A stretch of 64,000 bases of DNA from an uncultured Lentisphaerales bacterium (GTDB lineage: Bacteria; Verrucomicrobiota; Lentisphaeria; JABSQK01; UBA12247), in the NCBI GenBank assembly GCA_943788985.1, contig CALSSJ010000032.1, positions 32,001 to 96,000 on the forward strand. The letters run 5' to 3'. Positions 21,122 through 31,613 of the stretch are shown here, in pieces. Under the pieces are notes generated by a model. It searched no databases, was not told the origin of the DNA, and was given only the letters and a program-made list of their open reading frames with translations. The translations under genes were made by a program, and so were the position numbers. The stretch's first letter is position 1. Each line of letters starts with the position of its first letter.

Positions 21122-21149
21122 AAGATAGCGAATTGCGCCTAGGGGTCAA
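21122..21149 (-). promoter_or_regulatory. Sigma-70 promoter upstream of map
   Basis: Minus strand TTGACC-N16-TATCTT, about 45 nt before map. Confidence 0.55.
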
Positions 21150-21174
21150 ATTTTACTTGACCTGAGGGCAGTCG

Positions 21175-22098
21175 TTACACGGCTATGGTCATGCCCTCGC
21201 GAGCCCAGAAGAGGTTGAAGGAAGTTTCCTTGGTGCGGAACCTGCGGCCGTAGGTGCGTCCGTAGTCGTCGATCTGGCTATCCGACGTGCGCGGCTCATG
21301 ATGAAAGACCGCGAGTTGCTTTACCTCGCTCTCGATGGCTATCTCTGCGACGGTCGGGATGGATGAATGTCCCCAGCCTCGGCGATTCGTGTACTCGGTC
21401 TCCGAGTATTGGCCGTCGCCGATCAGTAGGTCGGCACCTCGGATGAAATCTTTGAACTCCGCCAGCAAGCGAGCACGCTCTTCAAGATCGAGATGCCCCC
21501 ATTGCGGGTCCGCCTGGAAGTTTTCTGGTGGGTCAGTCATCTGGTCGAGTTCGATGTCGCTAGCGTAGACCATGGTGCGGTCGCCCAAGCGAATGCGATA
21601 CCGGGCACAGCCCCCAGGATGAAAAATCTGTTCCTGCCAATCTAAGCGCAAGTCTCCGATTTCGATCGCTTTGGCGTTGATTTCGTGGATTTCCAAGGTG
21701 GCGTTAAACATCGACATGTCGATGGGAAAGTAGTGTGTGTCCATTTGGCCTTCGAGGATATTCTCAAGGACCTTTTCTCGCGCCGGGCTGCCGTAGATGT
21801 GCATCTGGACCCCAGGGATGAAGGCTGGCTCAAAGAATGGCAGGCCCTGGATGTGATCCCAGTGGGTGTGGCTCAGGAAGAGGTGAATCTTTTTCAGGTG
21901 CTTGCCAGCATTGACTGCTTTGGCTAGCTCAATGCCCAGCAGGCGGATGCCGGTGCCAGCGTCAATGATGACTAGGCTATCTTGATGCTCAATGCTGACG
22001 CAGGGGGTGTTCCCGCCGTACTTCTCTGTCATTCGGCCCGGAGTGGGGAGTGAGCCGCGCGTGCCCCAGAATGTTACGTGTAGTTGATTGCTGCTCAT
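21175..22098 (-). CDS. MBL-fold metallo-hydrolase (RNase Z / phosphodiesterase-like subgroup)
   Basis: Motifs WGTRGS, YGGNTPC, DAGTG, SHTHWDHIQG, WGHS and FHHEP. Confidence 0.9.
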   Translation of the reverse strand: MSSNQLHVTFWGTRGSLPTPGRMTEKYGGNTPCVSIEHQDSLVIIDAGTGIRLLGIELAKAVNAGKHLKKIHLFLSHTHWDHIQGLPFFEPAFIPGVQMHIYGSPAREKVLENILEGQMDTHYFPIDMSMFNATLEIHEINAKAIEIGDLRLDWQEQIFHPGGCARYRIRLGDRTMVYASDIELDQMTDPPENFQADPQWGHLDLEERARLLAEFKDFIRGADLLIGDGQYSETEYTNRRGWGHSSIPTVAEIAIESEVKQLAVFHHEPRTSDSQIDDYGRTYGRRFRTKETSFNLFWAREGMTIAV

Positions 22099-22607
22099 GA
22101 ATCAGTGGCTTTTGGGGGGACGTTTACCGTGGGCATATCTCGCAGTTTCTTTTCCAGAAACAGGAGCCGAGCTTCCCCAATCTCAATCTGGTCATTGTCG
22201 CGCAGAACACTGCGTACGATCCGCACGTTATTGAGGTACGTTCCATTCGTGCTATCCAGGTCCTCTACCAAGTACTCTTCATCCATGCGGTAGACTCGAG
22301 CGTGAATGCGGGAGATGTTCTTCAGCGGCAACTGAATGGTCGCCTCAGGGCTGCGGCCGATGGTGATCTCTTCGCTCCCCAGTTCTATGCCCTGTATGGC
22401 ACCTACGCCACGGACTTCAAGAAACGCGGTCTCGTACACTACTACTCCGTCGCCCAAGATATCACGCCGCGACAGCCGCAGGGTGTTTGAGTCCGCTGAT
22501 TCGGCGATAGGCGGCGCAGACGGTCCGCTTGCGAAAGCGGTGTCGTCAGTGGCTCCTGGACGAACTATTTTCGCCATCACCGTTTTGTCTTTGCTTAACC
22601 CGCTCAA
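22095..22607 (-). CDS. FHA domain protein
   Basis: FHA motifs IGR, ISRIHA, DLDSTNGT and DQIEIG. The start may be ATG 22577. Its stop overlaps the MBL start (ATGA). Confidence 0.88.
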   Translation of the reverse strand: MSGLSKDKTVMAKIVRPGATDDTAFASGPSAPPIAESADSNTLRLSRRDILGDGVVVYETAFLEVRGVGAIQGIELGSEEITIGRSPEATIQLPLKNISRIHARVYRMDEEYLVEDLDSTNGTYLNNVRIVRSVLRDNDQIEIGEARLLFLEKKLRDMPTVNVPPKATDS

Positions 22608-22660
22608 TATCTTGGCTCACTGCGCGTGGCGTTGCGTTCGCGTTAAGTTCAATGTAAAAT

Positions 22661-25390
22661 TCAATCTCGCCGTGACAAGCCAAGTGGCACAGAATCCGCT
22701 AAAATTCTCGCGGTGTCGTCAGCGGTCTGCTCGCCTCCTTCGCGGATTAAATGGATCCATTGGTCACTGCAGTCGTGCCGAATTAAGTGGTCAATGACGC
22801 GCTCTCGGGTCGCGGTGTCTAAGTCCAATGCCCGAACTCCAGTTTTTTCTGAAATTTGGGTCAACGTAAAATTGATTGCACCTTGTTGTTGACTGTTCTC
22901 TTCAGTCATGAGACGCGTCAACCATGGTGTAACCGCTGCTGGTGGCAGTATCAGATTTTCAGGCCCCTGGAAAAGTTTCCGTGCGCCAAGCCGTGCGAGG
23001 GCCCACAGTTCAAACGACGCGAACTCCGGGCGTTTTATCAGGATCGAACCAAATCTCTGTTTGGCTTGGACCGGCAGCCATTCCATGGCACCGATGCAGC
23101 GCCACATTTCTAGTCTGGCCTGCTCCCCTTCTCTAATGGCCCTGCGATACTTACTTTTTGGGGCAATGATTTTGCCTGAAACCCCGCTCACGGTGCTCTG
23201 GTGACCTGCCTTTAAGCCACCTGCTACACGGCGCCAGAAAACCCACCACTCGGCTACATTCTGCGCGCTTTTGGGGTAAGCTAGCCCGTCGAACCACATG
23301 GACCAGACTTTTCGCATGCGCAGTGCATCACCGGGATCGCCGAAGCCAGGCCGCAGGCAGAATCCGAGAAGATTAAGCCAGCGTGCTTCAATCGGTGCGG
23401 CCCGTCGCGCCACGTCTCTGATACTTATCAGGGAGTCGGAAAAGGTCCTGCAGGTGTGCATGGTCCAGTTGGTTTTTTGCTGGCCAGTGATTTGCTCAAG
23501 GCGCTGAGGTAGCTTGGCTAGCGCCTGAGGTGGGCCATTGAATGATTGCTCTAACTCACGAACCGCAGCGTCCAACGTAGCCGCCGGGAGGACGACGCTG
23601 GTGGTCTCTTCAGAATTTGTCGTTTGGGCGGCGATTGCAGGGCGCAGATCGAAGCGTAGCGGCCAAGAGTGATCAGTTGACGCGGATTCAAGCGCGATTT
23701 CGAGCGCTCCTACCTCCGTGACTTGGCTGCGAAGCGACACTTTCAGGCCCTGCTTTTCGCCCTTGCCAAACTGCAGAACTGAGACCAGAGGGGCAACCAG
23801 ACTCAGCTCGTCCTTCTCTGTCTGGACAACTCCAGGCTGATCATGCAGACGCGTTGCGCTGCTGAATAAGGGGAATTGAACGCTCTGGTTGGTCTGAAGC
23901 TGAAAGCTTCCAGGGACTGTGGTCACGGTGCCTTCGTCCGTGTCACGGGAGATCAAACACACGATCTCGTTGCCGTCCGGGCCGTTGATCTCGGTATAGT
24001 ACGCGTGCGAAATTCCGCCCTGAACTCGTACACCTTCGCCCCGTCGCCCACGTCCGTAGTAGCTGGCCCCCCGCGCGACTGCGAGGGCGTAGTCGCTTTC
24101 CAGTTCTACAGGCTTGGTGCGGTCAGGGAACCAGGATGCGAGTGCGGAAAGAACCTGCTTCCGAACCGTGGACGGGATCGTGCTGCCACCATTGAACAGA
24201 ACGTGCTTGGGAAAGGCTAGCGAGTCGTCATCTTTGGAGATCTCAGCCGCTCTTCGTAAGAATGCGAGCAGGTGAGAGGTTACCGCGGGGTCTTGTGCGT
24301 ACGGCAGGCCCATTTGGCGAATTCCTGCAGCCTGCGGCGGCTGGGCATCGCGATCCAAAAGTGGAAAGAAGCCCTCGGTTAGCAGAGACAGCAGTTCGTC
24401 TCGCCGAAGTTCTGCGGTTCGCGTTCCGCCCAGAAGCGAGCTGCCGCGCGAAAGTAGAGTGATTGGTGCGGAGTCCACATCGCCGTTCAGCAAGTCTTCC
24501 TTGGCTTTGCGGCAAAGCTGCACGAGCTTGCTCCACTCCGCGGGCTTCAACGTGGTCTTCCATGCTTGCTCGAAGCGTCGAGCGAGCGCAATGTCGATGT
24601 TGTCTCCGCCTAGCAGCAGGTGCTCACCGACGGCAAATCGTCGCAGCTTGCCGCCAGCCTCTAGTTGAATGAAGGAGAAGTCGGTGGTTCCACCGCCCAC
24701 GTCGATCACAAGAATTCGCTCCCCCGGATCCAGAGAGGTCTGCCAGGTATCAGCGTTGACATCCAGCCAGGCATAAAACGCTGCCAATGGTTCTTCCAAT
24801 AGCTGAATTTCCCGCAGCCCGGCATCTCTAGCCGCACGAATGGTTAGATCGCGCGCGGTTTCGTCGAAGCTTGCAGGGACCGTCACCACAACTTGCTGTT
24901 CTTGTAGAATGCACGGCGAGCCTTCGCGGTCGCGGGTTTTCCCCAAGACCTGATTCCAGGCGTCTCGAATATGCCGGAGATAGCAGGTGCTGACTGCCAG
25001 CGGAGAAAGCTTGTCAGAGGAGTTGCTTCCCCACGGGAGAATGGCGTCCTCCCGGTCGACCCCGGCGTGAGAGAGCCAGGATTTTGCCGAGTTGATCAGC
25101 TGGCTCGGGAGTGTAGCTCCATAGTCGCGTGCAAAGGTGCCAACAGCCTGTGGCGGATTCTTTAGCCAGGGAAGGTCCACAGCGCCGTCTGGGAGCTCCA
25201 CGCCGGGCAAGTAGCAGAATGAGGGAAGAAGCCGGCATGGGGAAACTTCTCCAGATGCGACCACCTGGGGAATGTTGAACACTTCGCCCGCGTGATTCTC
25301 CTGGTAGGTGTCATAGAAGAAGCAGGCGCTGTTCGTCGTGCCAAGGTCTATTCCGACGATATACCGTGACTGGTGAAGCGCATCACTCAT
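22661..25390 (-). CDS. Non-canonical Hsp70-family ATPase with a C-terminal DUF3731-like helical domain
   Basis: Motifs GIDLGTTNS, TVPASFD, EEPLAA, DVGGGTTD, LGGDNID and FNGG. C-terminal NLLGFCLRPGFGD and WWVFWRRVAGGL. No DnaK substrate-binding domain. Confidence 0.88.
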   Translation of the reverse strand: MSDALHQSRYIVGIDLGTTNSACFFYDTYQENHAGEVFNIPQVVASGEVSPCRLLPSFCYLPGVELPDGAVDLPWLKNPPQAVGTFARDYGATLPSQLINSAKSWLSHAGVDREDAILPWGSNSSDKLSPLAVSTCYLRHIRDAWNQVLGKTRDREGSPCILQEQQVVVTVPASFDETARDLTIRAARDAGLREIQLLEEPLAAFYAWLDVNADTWQTSLDPGERILVIDVGGGTTDFSFIQLEAGGKLRRFAVGEHLLLGGDNIDIALARRFEQAWKTTLKPAEWSKLVQLCRKAKEDLLNGDVDSAPITLLSRGSSLLGGTRTAELRRDELLSLLTEGFFPLLDRDAQPPQAAGIRQMGLPYAQDPAVTSHLLAFLRRAAEISKDDDSLAFPKHVLFNGGSTIPSTVRKQVLSALASWFPDRTKPVELESDYALAVARGASYYGRGRRGEGVRVQGGISHAYYTEINGPDGNEIVCLISRDTDEGTVTTVPGSFQLQTNQSVQFPLFSSATRLHDQPGVVQTEKDELSLVAPLVSVLQFGKGEKQGLKVSLRSQVTEVGALEIALESASTDHSWPLRFDLRPAIAAQTTNSEETTSVVLPAATLDAAVRELEQSFNGPPQALAKLPQRLEQITGQQKTNWTMHTCRTFSDSLISIRDVARRAAPIEARWLNLLGFCLRPGFGDPGDALRMRKVWSMWFDGLAYPKSAQNVAEWWVFWRRVAGGLKAGHQSTVSGVSGKIIAPKSKYRRAIREGEQARLEMWRCIGAMEWLPVQAKQRFGSILIKRPEFASFELWALARLGARKLFQGPENLILPPAAVTPWLTRLMTEENSQQQGAINFTLTQISEKTGVRALDLDTATRERVIDHLIRHDCSDQWIHLIREGGEQTADDTARILADSVPLGLSRRD

Positions 25391-27195
25391 GGGATTCAGC
25401 GCTTTCTGCTAGTGGCGCGCGGCCCTCTCGCAGTTCATAACGAAGTCGCCAACGACGTTCTCCGCCGGACTCCGTGCACCATAAGGCAAGCGTACCTATT
25501 TCACTGAGTTCCGCGTGCAGATTGACCGGAATCAAGCTGCCGGCGCCATCACCTTCGTCCACATTCAGGTGAGTGGAGAGGCTGGGGAGTTCTGTGATAC
25601 CAGCCATGTCTGTGATGTTGGGAATCGTGGATCCCGCCGGGTCTTCCTGGCGGTCCGCAGAGGCGAAGAAGCGAAACTCGGAAGAGGCACCGACGAATAC
25701 ACCTAAGCCCTGGCTAGGAATATCCAGTTCGGTTCCTTCCTCCAGGCCAAAGGGGATCACGCAAAGTCCCTCCATCGGGGGCTCGTAGCCGGGGATCGCT
25801 GGCATGGTTGATTCGATTCCGACATAGTAGCTTCGCGCACTGCCTGCGCGAATTCGGATCGCGTTGCCGCGCCGTACGTTTCCATACCAGCAGGCGCCAT
25901 AGGCAACTGCGAGATCCGGGTGGGTGCCAGCGAGCTGTGTGACCTCAGCGCCGTGCCAATCGGAAAGGACGTCAAGAAGCCGGGCGCGAATGGCTGGTGC
26001 CTTGCTGACTCCGCCGTTAAACAGCACGGCGGCTGGCGAGGCGCAGTCTTCTCCCGAATTGCGAGATACAAATGCGGCGAGATGCCTGGTCATGGCCGGA
26101 TCACTTGCGTATTGTAGGCCGAAAGAACGGAGCCCTGCGCGCCTAGCTTGTGCCGGCTCCGCATCTACTGCACATGCGGGGAAAAAACCGTCCAAGAGGA
26201 TGCCTTGCGCCTCTTCAGGTGTAACCTGGACAGAGATGGTGCCACCGATCAGGCTGCTTCCCCGTCCGAGTACCGTCAGCGTCTGCGGTTCCGTCGCGCC
26301 GTCTCGCAGGTAGTTCTTCTTTTGCCTCGCGGCAGGCATGTGTCAGGCCCGCGAGTTGGCGGGCATCGAGCTTCATATTGCGTTCACGCTGCAATTTCGC
26401 TGCTACGCTGTAGGCGAGAGCCAGGTCAAGGTTATCGCCGCCAAGTAGAATGTGGTTACCGACTGCGATCCGCTCCAGCCCGAGATTCCCGTCCTCGTTG
26501 GTGACCTGAATCAAGCTAAAGTCTGTGGTCCCACCACCGATATCGCACACCAGAATCTGCTGACCTGCTTCGATCTCATCGCGCCAGTTCTCGCCGTGCT
26601 CGTGCAGCCAAGCATAGAACGCAGCTTGAGGTTCCTCCACGAGGGTGACAGATAGTCCGGCTTCCTCTGCGGCCATGACCGTCAGGTCCCGAGCGACTGC
26701 GTCAAAGGAAGCTGGGACGGTCAGTATGATCTCCTGAAACTCAAAGCGATCTTCGCTATCCATCGTCTGGTTCCAGGCATCACGCAGATGGCCAAGAAGG
26801 CGCTTTGCGGATTCAACCGGTGAAATCTTGAGCTGGCTCTCCTCGCGGTCCCAGGGCAGGATGTCGGCGAGTCGGTCCACGTTGCCGGCACAGAGCCACG
26901 ACTTGGCCGAACTCACCACCTGTGTGGGGGACATCGCCCCAAGCTTTCTTGCGTGCTGACCACAGCAAAAGCTGCGCTCGGTTGCCCACGGCAGGTCCAG
27001 GCTGCCTTGGGCGAACTGCCCTTCATTCGGCAGGTAGAGAAACGACGGGAGCGTATCCGCGGTGCCCACCTCCCCTGAATTCGATACCTGGGGAATCTGG
27101 AAGAGCTGCGGCTCTGGTACCTCTGCCTGCTGGTCAAGGTAGGCAACTGCCACATTGGTGGTTCCTAGGTCGATCCCGATCACGTATCTCGACAT
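25383..27195 (-). CDS. Non-canonical Hsp70-family ATPase, split by a single +1 frameshift at ~26310 (probable assembly error)
   Basis: The 5' ORF has GIDLGTTN, TVPASFD and DIGGGTTD. Removing one base at 26309-26310 gives ACREAKEELLRDGATE, continuing into VLFNGG and DLAVAYGA. Confidence 0.85.
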
Positions 27196-27198
27196 TTG

Positions 27199-27724
27199 TT
27201 AGCCGCCCACTTCTACTTCAGCTGGCTGAATGATCGTGGTGTTAACTGCACCCGTACGCTGGGGAAGGTTCACCTTGTCTGCACGCCAGCCGCGATGGGC
27301 GAGCGCCCCCTTATACGGGCCTGATTCAGGAAGATTTCCCGTGAGCCGTAACTCTGTCGCGTCAAACCCGTCGGGAATCTCCACCTGGCTCTGTTCGTCC
27401 TCGGAGCGGACCGGCTGGATGGAAAAGTGGTGGTTCAATGCTGCTTGGCAATCTCCATGAATCTGGCGGACTGCCGCCCCGATCTGATCATCAGCGTATC
27501 CATCGATGGACTCCTGGAGAAAATCAATCAGCCGTCCCTCGCGTTGCAGTAACAGCAACGTATACATCGCACCTTCCTCGAATCGCTCGGGCATCAGTTC
27601 TGGCTTTAGTGGGGCCGCCGGCTTCGGCGTCGGCGTTGGGTGCCAGGGGAAGAGACGATTTCGGAACGAGCTCCTCGCCTTTCAAAACCATCATAAACGC
27701 TTTCCACGCTTGTAGCAATTTCAT
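27199..27724 (-). CDS. DUF2760 family protein, split by a +1 frameshift at ~27639
   Basis: Motifs LLLLQREGRLIDFLQE, QIGAAVR, HRGWR and QPAEVEV. The N-terminus MKLLQAWKAF joins through a Pro-rich linker after deleting one base. Confidence 0.82.
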
Positions 27725-27843
27725 CGTCTTTGTCCTAGTGCAGATTTCCGCGAAGAGGTTAAATTGCCCGCAATCGCATTGCTTTCAATTAAGGTGCCCT
27801 TGACCATGAGCTGCATTATCGCCTATTTCGGGATTGTTGGCGC

Positions 27844-28908
27844 GTGACTGAGGCTGATTCGCTGCGCGGATGGATCTTAGCGCTCCTGCAGGAGTTTGAT
27901 CAACTTCGGCGCAAATTCCCTATTATCAAGACAATGCGCCCTCCTAATTTGGCAATTAGCGCGCATTTGACTCGTGACTGGGGAAGTTGGGATGAGGATA
28001 AGAGATTGTTGACCTTGTCTCGACGCCTGTTCAAAGCGGCGAATTGGGATGATGTTGTCGCTGTGTTTCACCATGAATTAGCACACCAGATTGTTTCAGA
28101 ACATTTTGGGATTCGCAATGCGCGACCCCATGGCGAAGGCATTTTCGCGAGCGTGCCACCTGATTGAGATTGAGCCGGAGACCACCTTCACACCACGGGG
28201 GAAGAGCGCGGTACCTAAGCGTATCGAGAAGCTATTGGCTCTCGGTCAATCCGCCAATAGTCACGAAGCAGAGCTGGCTCTGGAAAAAGCCCATGAGCTG
28301 GCCTTGCGCCAAAACCTCACATATACGCAGGGATCGCCTCGCTCAGCTGCATACGGATTTCGGCTAGTGGGCCCTGCTCGGCAGCGACTCCCTCGCTATT
28401 TCCACGCCGTTGGCAATATCGTCTCAGACTTCTACTTCGTGCAGTACATCGCGAACTGCTACTACGCAGAGCACCATGTTTTCGCTGGAAAGCCTGTCCG
28501 TCAGATTGAGCTGTATGGGACTTTCGAGAATCTTGACATGGCGGAATACGTCTTCTACTTCCTGATCAACAAGGGGAGAAGAACTCTGGAACCAGTACAG
28601 GCAGACGCACACCGCGGCTGGCGTGCGTAAGAAGTTGTCCTTTCTGGACGGCCCTCTATCATGGTTTTCAAGGTAAACTTCGGGAGCGTGCCGAGGATCT
28701 GGAGAGCCGGTGCGCACTAGTCTGGTTGGGAGACCCTGGCCTTGATGCATTCTACAAGCAGAGAAACCCGACGATGAGTACTTCCAGAGCAAGAGCTCGC
28801 CGCGATCATCAGGCAATGCTGGCCGGAACAGAGCAGGGACGAAGACTTGAGATTGCACCTGGAGTGAGGGATGCTCCCCGCGGAGTCATCGGCTCTCTAA
28901 AGGAATGA
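27844..28908 (+). CDS. SprT-like zinc metalloprotease with a DUF2786-like domain, split by three +1 frameshifts
   Basis: Motifs HHELAHQ...PHGEAF and KRIEKLLALGQSANSHEAELA. The frame is restored by single deletions at ~28138, ~28574 and ~28653. Confidence 0.75.
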
Positions 28909-29514
28909 CCACTTCAAAGGCGTTGGTAAAGCGTCTCAGAACCATCTCTGCTGTACTCTCCGCCTGGCTGCTCAGCGTCGCCACGATCTGGGGAATCGTT
29001 TATCTGTTCAAATGGCCCGCCAGACTCCCGATTCTGGCCGCCGCAGCCTGGCTTCCTGCGTGCGCAATTTTTGCGTTTTGTAGTCAGTATCGAAAGCTCT
29101 ATGTCGCTGGGCATGAGCTGACGCATTGGCTTGTCGCGAAGCTGTTTCGCAGGTATACCGGCCGCTTGCGTATCTTTCAGCATCACGGGGAGCCTGCTGG
29201 TAGGGCGCGTGAATATCTGGATTGCACTGGCCCCGTATTTCGTGCCGTTTTATGCCCTCTGCTGGTGCATTTTGAGCCTGCCGCTTCTTTTTCATAGCAG
29301 TGGTGCTGCAATTCGTGAGGTCGGCATCGGTGTTTCATACGCGCAGCACTGGGTGCTGACGTGTGTGATTTTAAGGCGAGATCTTTCTGATCTGAAGTGC
29401 TTTGGGCGGATGCTCTCCTGGTCCGTGATTCTGTGCATGAATCTACTGGCTCTGCTCGGGGTACTGCTTCTGCCGCGTATTGACCAGACGCTAATCGAGT
29501 TATTCAGGGACTGA
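28905..29514 (+). CDS. Membrane protein with HExxH motif (peptidase M50-like), split by a +1 frameshift at ~29176
   Basis: YVAGHELTH followed, after frame repair, by NIWIALAPYFVP and several TM segments. The start overlaps the SprT stop. Confidence 0.65.
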
Positions 29515-29572
29515 CACGAAAAGGCAAGGAACTCGAAGCTGCTTCGCTATGAGCCCGGTTTTCGTCGCCGCA

Positions 29573-30057
29573 TCAATAGTTGTGGAAGTTAGGGCGGCTG
29601 CCTACTTTGGCACCTTCAACGTGACCATCGGTAAACAGGACTTTGATCCATGCGTTCGCCGGGGGATTGCCGCTTTGGTCGTAAGCGAGGGAGTTGTCTG
29701 CCGAGCTCTTGTTGTCGTCGCTGAGGCGGGAACCGAGAACTCTTAGTTGGACTGTGTTGCCACGGTCCGTAGATTCGTCTGGCTGGGGCAGCAGACGTAG
29801 ACTTTGCCGTCCACGAGTTAGTCGTTGCGGTTCAGCAGGTTGAAGCTCGTGTCGTGGGCGGTGTCGTGAGGCATGAACCCGGAGTAATCACCAGAGTAAA
29901 TCAGTAAGGCTAGGTCGATGGACTTAAGGTTGCCGGCGCAATTGATCCGCTGGGCCTCCTCACGTGCCCTTGCCATAGCTGGTACAAGTATGGCGATACT
30001 TACGATTACGACCAGCGGTTCGATGAGCATGAAGCTCATCTTCCGTGCGCGGTTCAT
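29573..30057 (-). pseudogene. Degenerate tandem copy of the adjacent prepilin/H-X9-DG gene
   Basis: Aligns end to end with 30238-30729 ([36 protein letters not shown]). Has two TAA stops at Tyr codons, a frameshift near 29737 and a broken GFTLIE motif. Confidence 0.88.
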
Positions 30058-30158
30058 TTGAATGAGTCTCCGGTTTCGGCAGCTTGATCATTCAGGATAA
30101 TGGTCCGCCTTTCTGCAACCGGGTGAGAAGGGCCGCGATGGTCGAAGGAAACGGGCAC

Positions 30159-30190
30159 AAAAAAGGCGAGGAAACCGAAGTTTCCTCGCC
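30159..30190 (-). terminator. Rho-independent terminator of the pilin-like gene
   Basis: Perfect 11-bp stem GGCGAGGAAAC/GTTTCCTCGCC with a UUCG loop and a U6 tract. Confidence 0.88.
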
Positions 30191-30237
30191 CTGATTCCTG
30201 TCAGCCCGAAGGCCGAGGCAGGAATTGGTCTCGGGTG

Positions 30238-30729
<492 letters not shown>

Positions 30730-30892
30730 GTGAATGATCCTCCGTTTGTTTTTGGTTATTGCCCAACATTAGGCATCTGGTCCACAGTATAGAAAACTAA
30801 AATGCCGATTTCACCCCCTTCGACAAAAAAAATGCAATTCTTCTTGGGCCGCCCGGGGCGCGGTTTCAGTCTTCAATGAATTGCCGAGAAGA

Positions 30893-31285
30893 TCAGGAGC
30901 GAGAATTCTGCTTCCTCAGTGTGTCTTCTTTTCGTCGATCATCGCACAGGTGAGTCAGGAGTTCCTGTAACGTCATCTTCATCATACCCGGCGTCACGAC
31001 TGCGACAATCGGCCATGGGCCGTTTTCCCGGACCGAGCGGATGAACGCATGAACCAGTTGCTTGGGGAGAAAAGCCAGGACCACCACTGGCACTCCCAAG
31101 TCACTGAATTCCAGCTTGGCTTCGGTAGTACTGCTAGCAAGTAGCTCCGGAATTGGCGTCTCAAGTTGCGAATAGCTCCACGTGCGCCGTTTGCCAAGCG
31201 AAAGCCCGGTACAGCATCGAGTCAGCCACGCCTCGTCTGCCAAGTCTGATGGAAGTAGGTAGACTCCCGGCTGAGGCTCAGCCAA
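30893..31285 (-). CDS. DUF3783-like hypothetical protein
   Basis: C-terminal AVVTP..MKMTLQELLTHL. Overlaps the trxA stop. Confidence 0.55.
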   Translation of the reverse strand: MAEPQPGVYLLPSDLADEAWLTRCCTGLSLGKRRTWSYSQLETPIPELLASSTTEAKLEFSDLGVPVVVLAFLPKQLVHAFIRSVRENGPWPIVAVVTPGMMKMTLQELLTHLCDDRRKEDTLRKQNSRS

Positions 31286-31601
31286 GCGCGTCTTCCAAAG
31301 CTTGGCTCAGCGCGGGCTTGGTGGTCTTTGGGCCTACACCGATCGCTTGAAACACTGGCTCGCCGTCTTTCAGTACGTATACGGCAGGAATGCTGCTCAC
31401 GCCGAACTTCACGGCCAGATCGCGATTGGTGTCAACATCTACTTTGGCCACCACTGCCCGGCCCTCGAATTCTTCGGCCAGTTGGTCGATGATTGGTCCG
31501 ATCTGGCGGCATGGGCCACACCAAGGTGCCCAGAAATCCAGCAGGGCCACGCCGGCGTCTGTTAGTTCGTTGATATTATCAGTCGTGATTTCGATGGCCA
31601 T
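31278..31601 (-). CDS. trxA: Thioredoxin
   Basis: DFWAPWCGPC active site and SIP cis-Pro motif. Confidence 0.95.
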   Translation of the reverse strand: MAIEITTDNINELTDAGVALLDFWAPWCGPCRQIGPIIDQLAEEFEGRAVVAKVDVDTNRDLAVKFGVSSIPAVYVLKDGEPVFQAIGVGPKTTKPALSQALEDALG

Positions 31602-31613
31602 ATTTGATCTCCA

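Noticed and set aside
26290..26330. Programmed ribosomal frameshift in the Hsp70 gene
   Set aside because: There is no canonical slippery heptamer at the break, and it is one of several identical +1 homopolymer events nearby.
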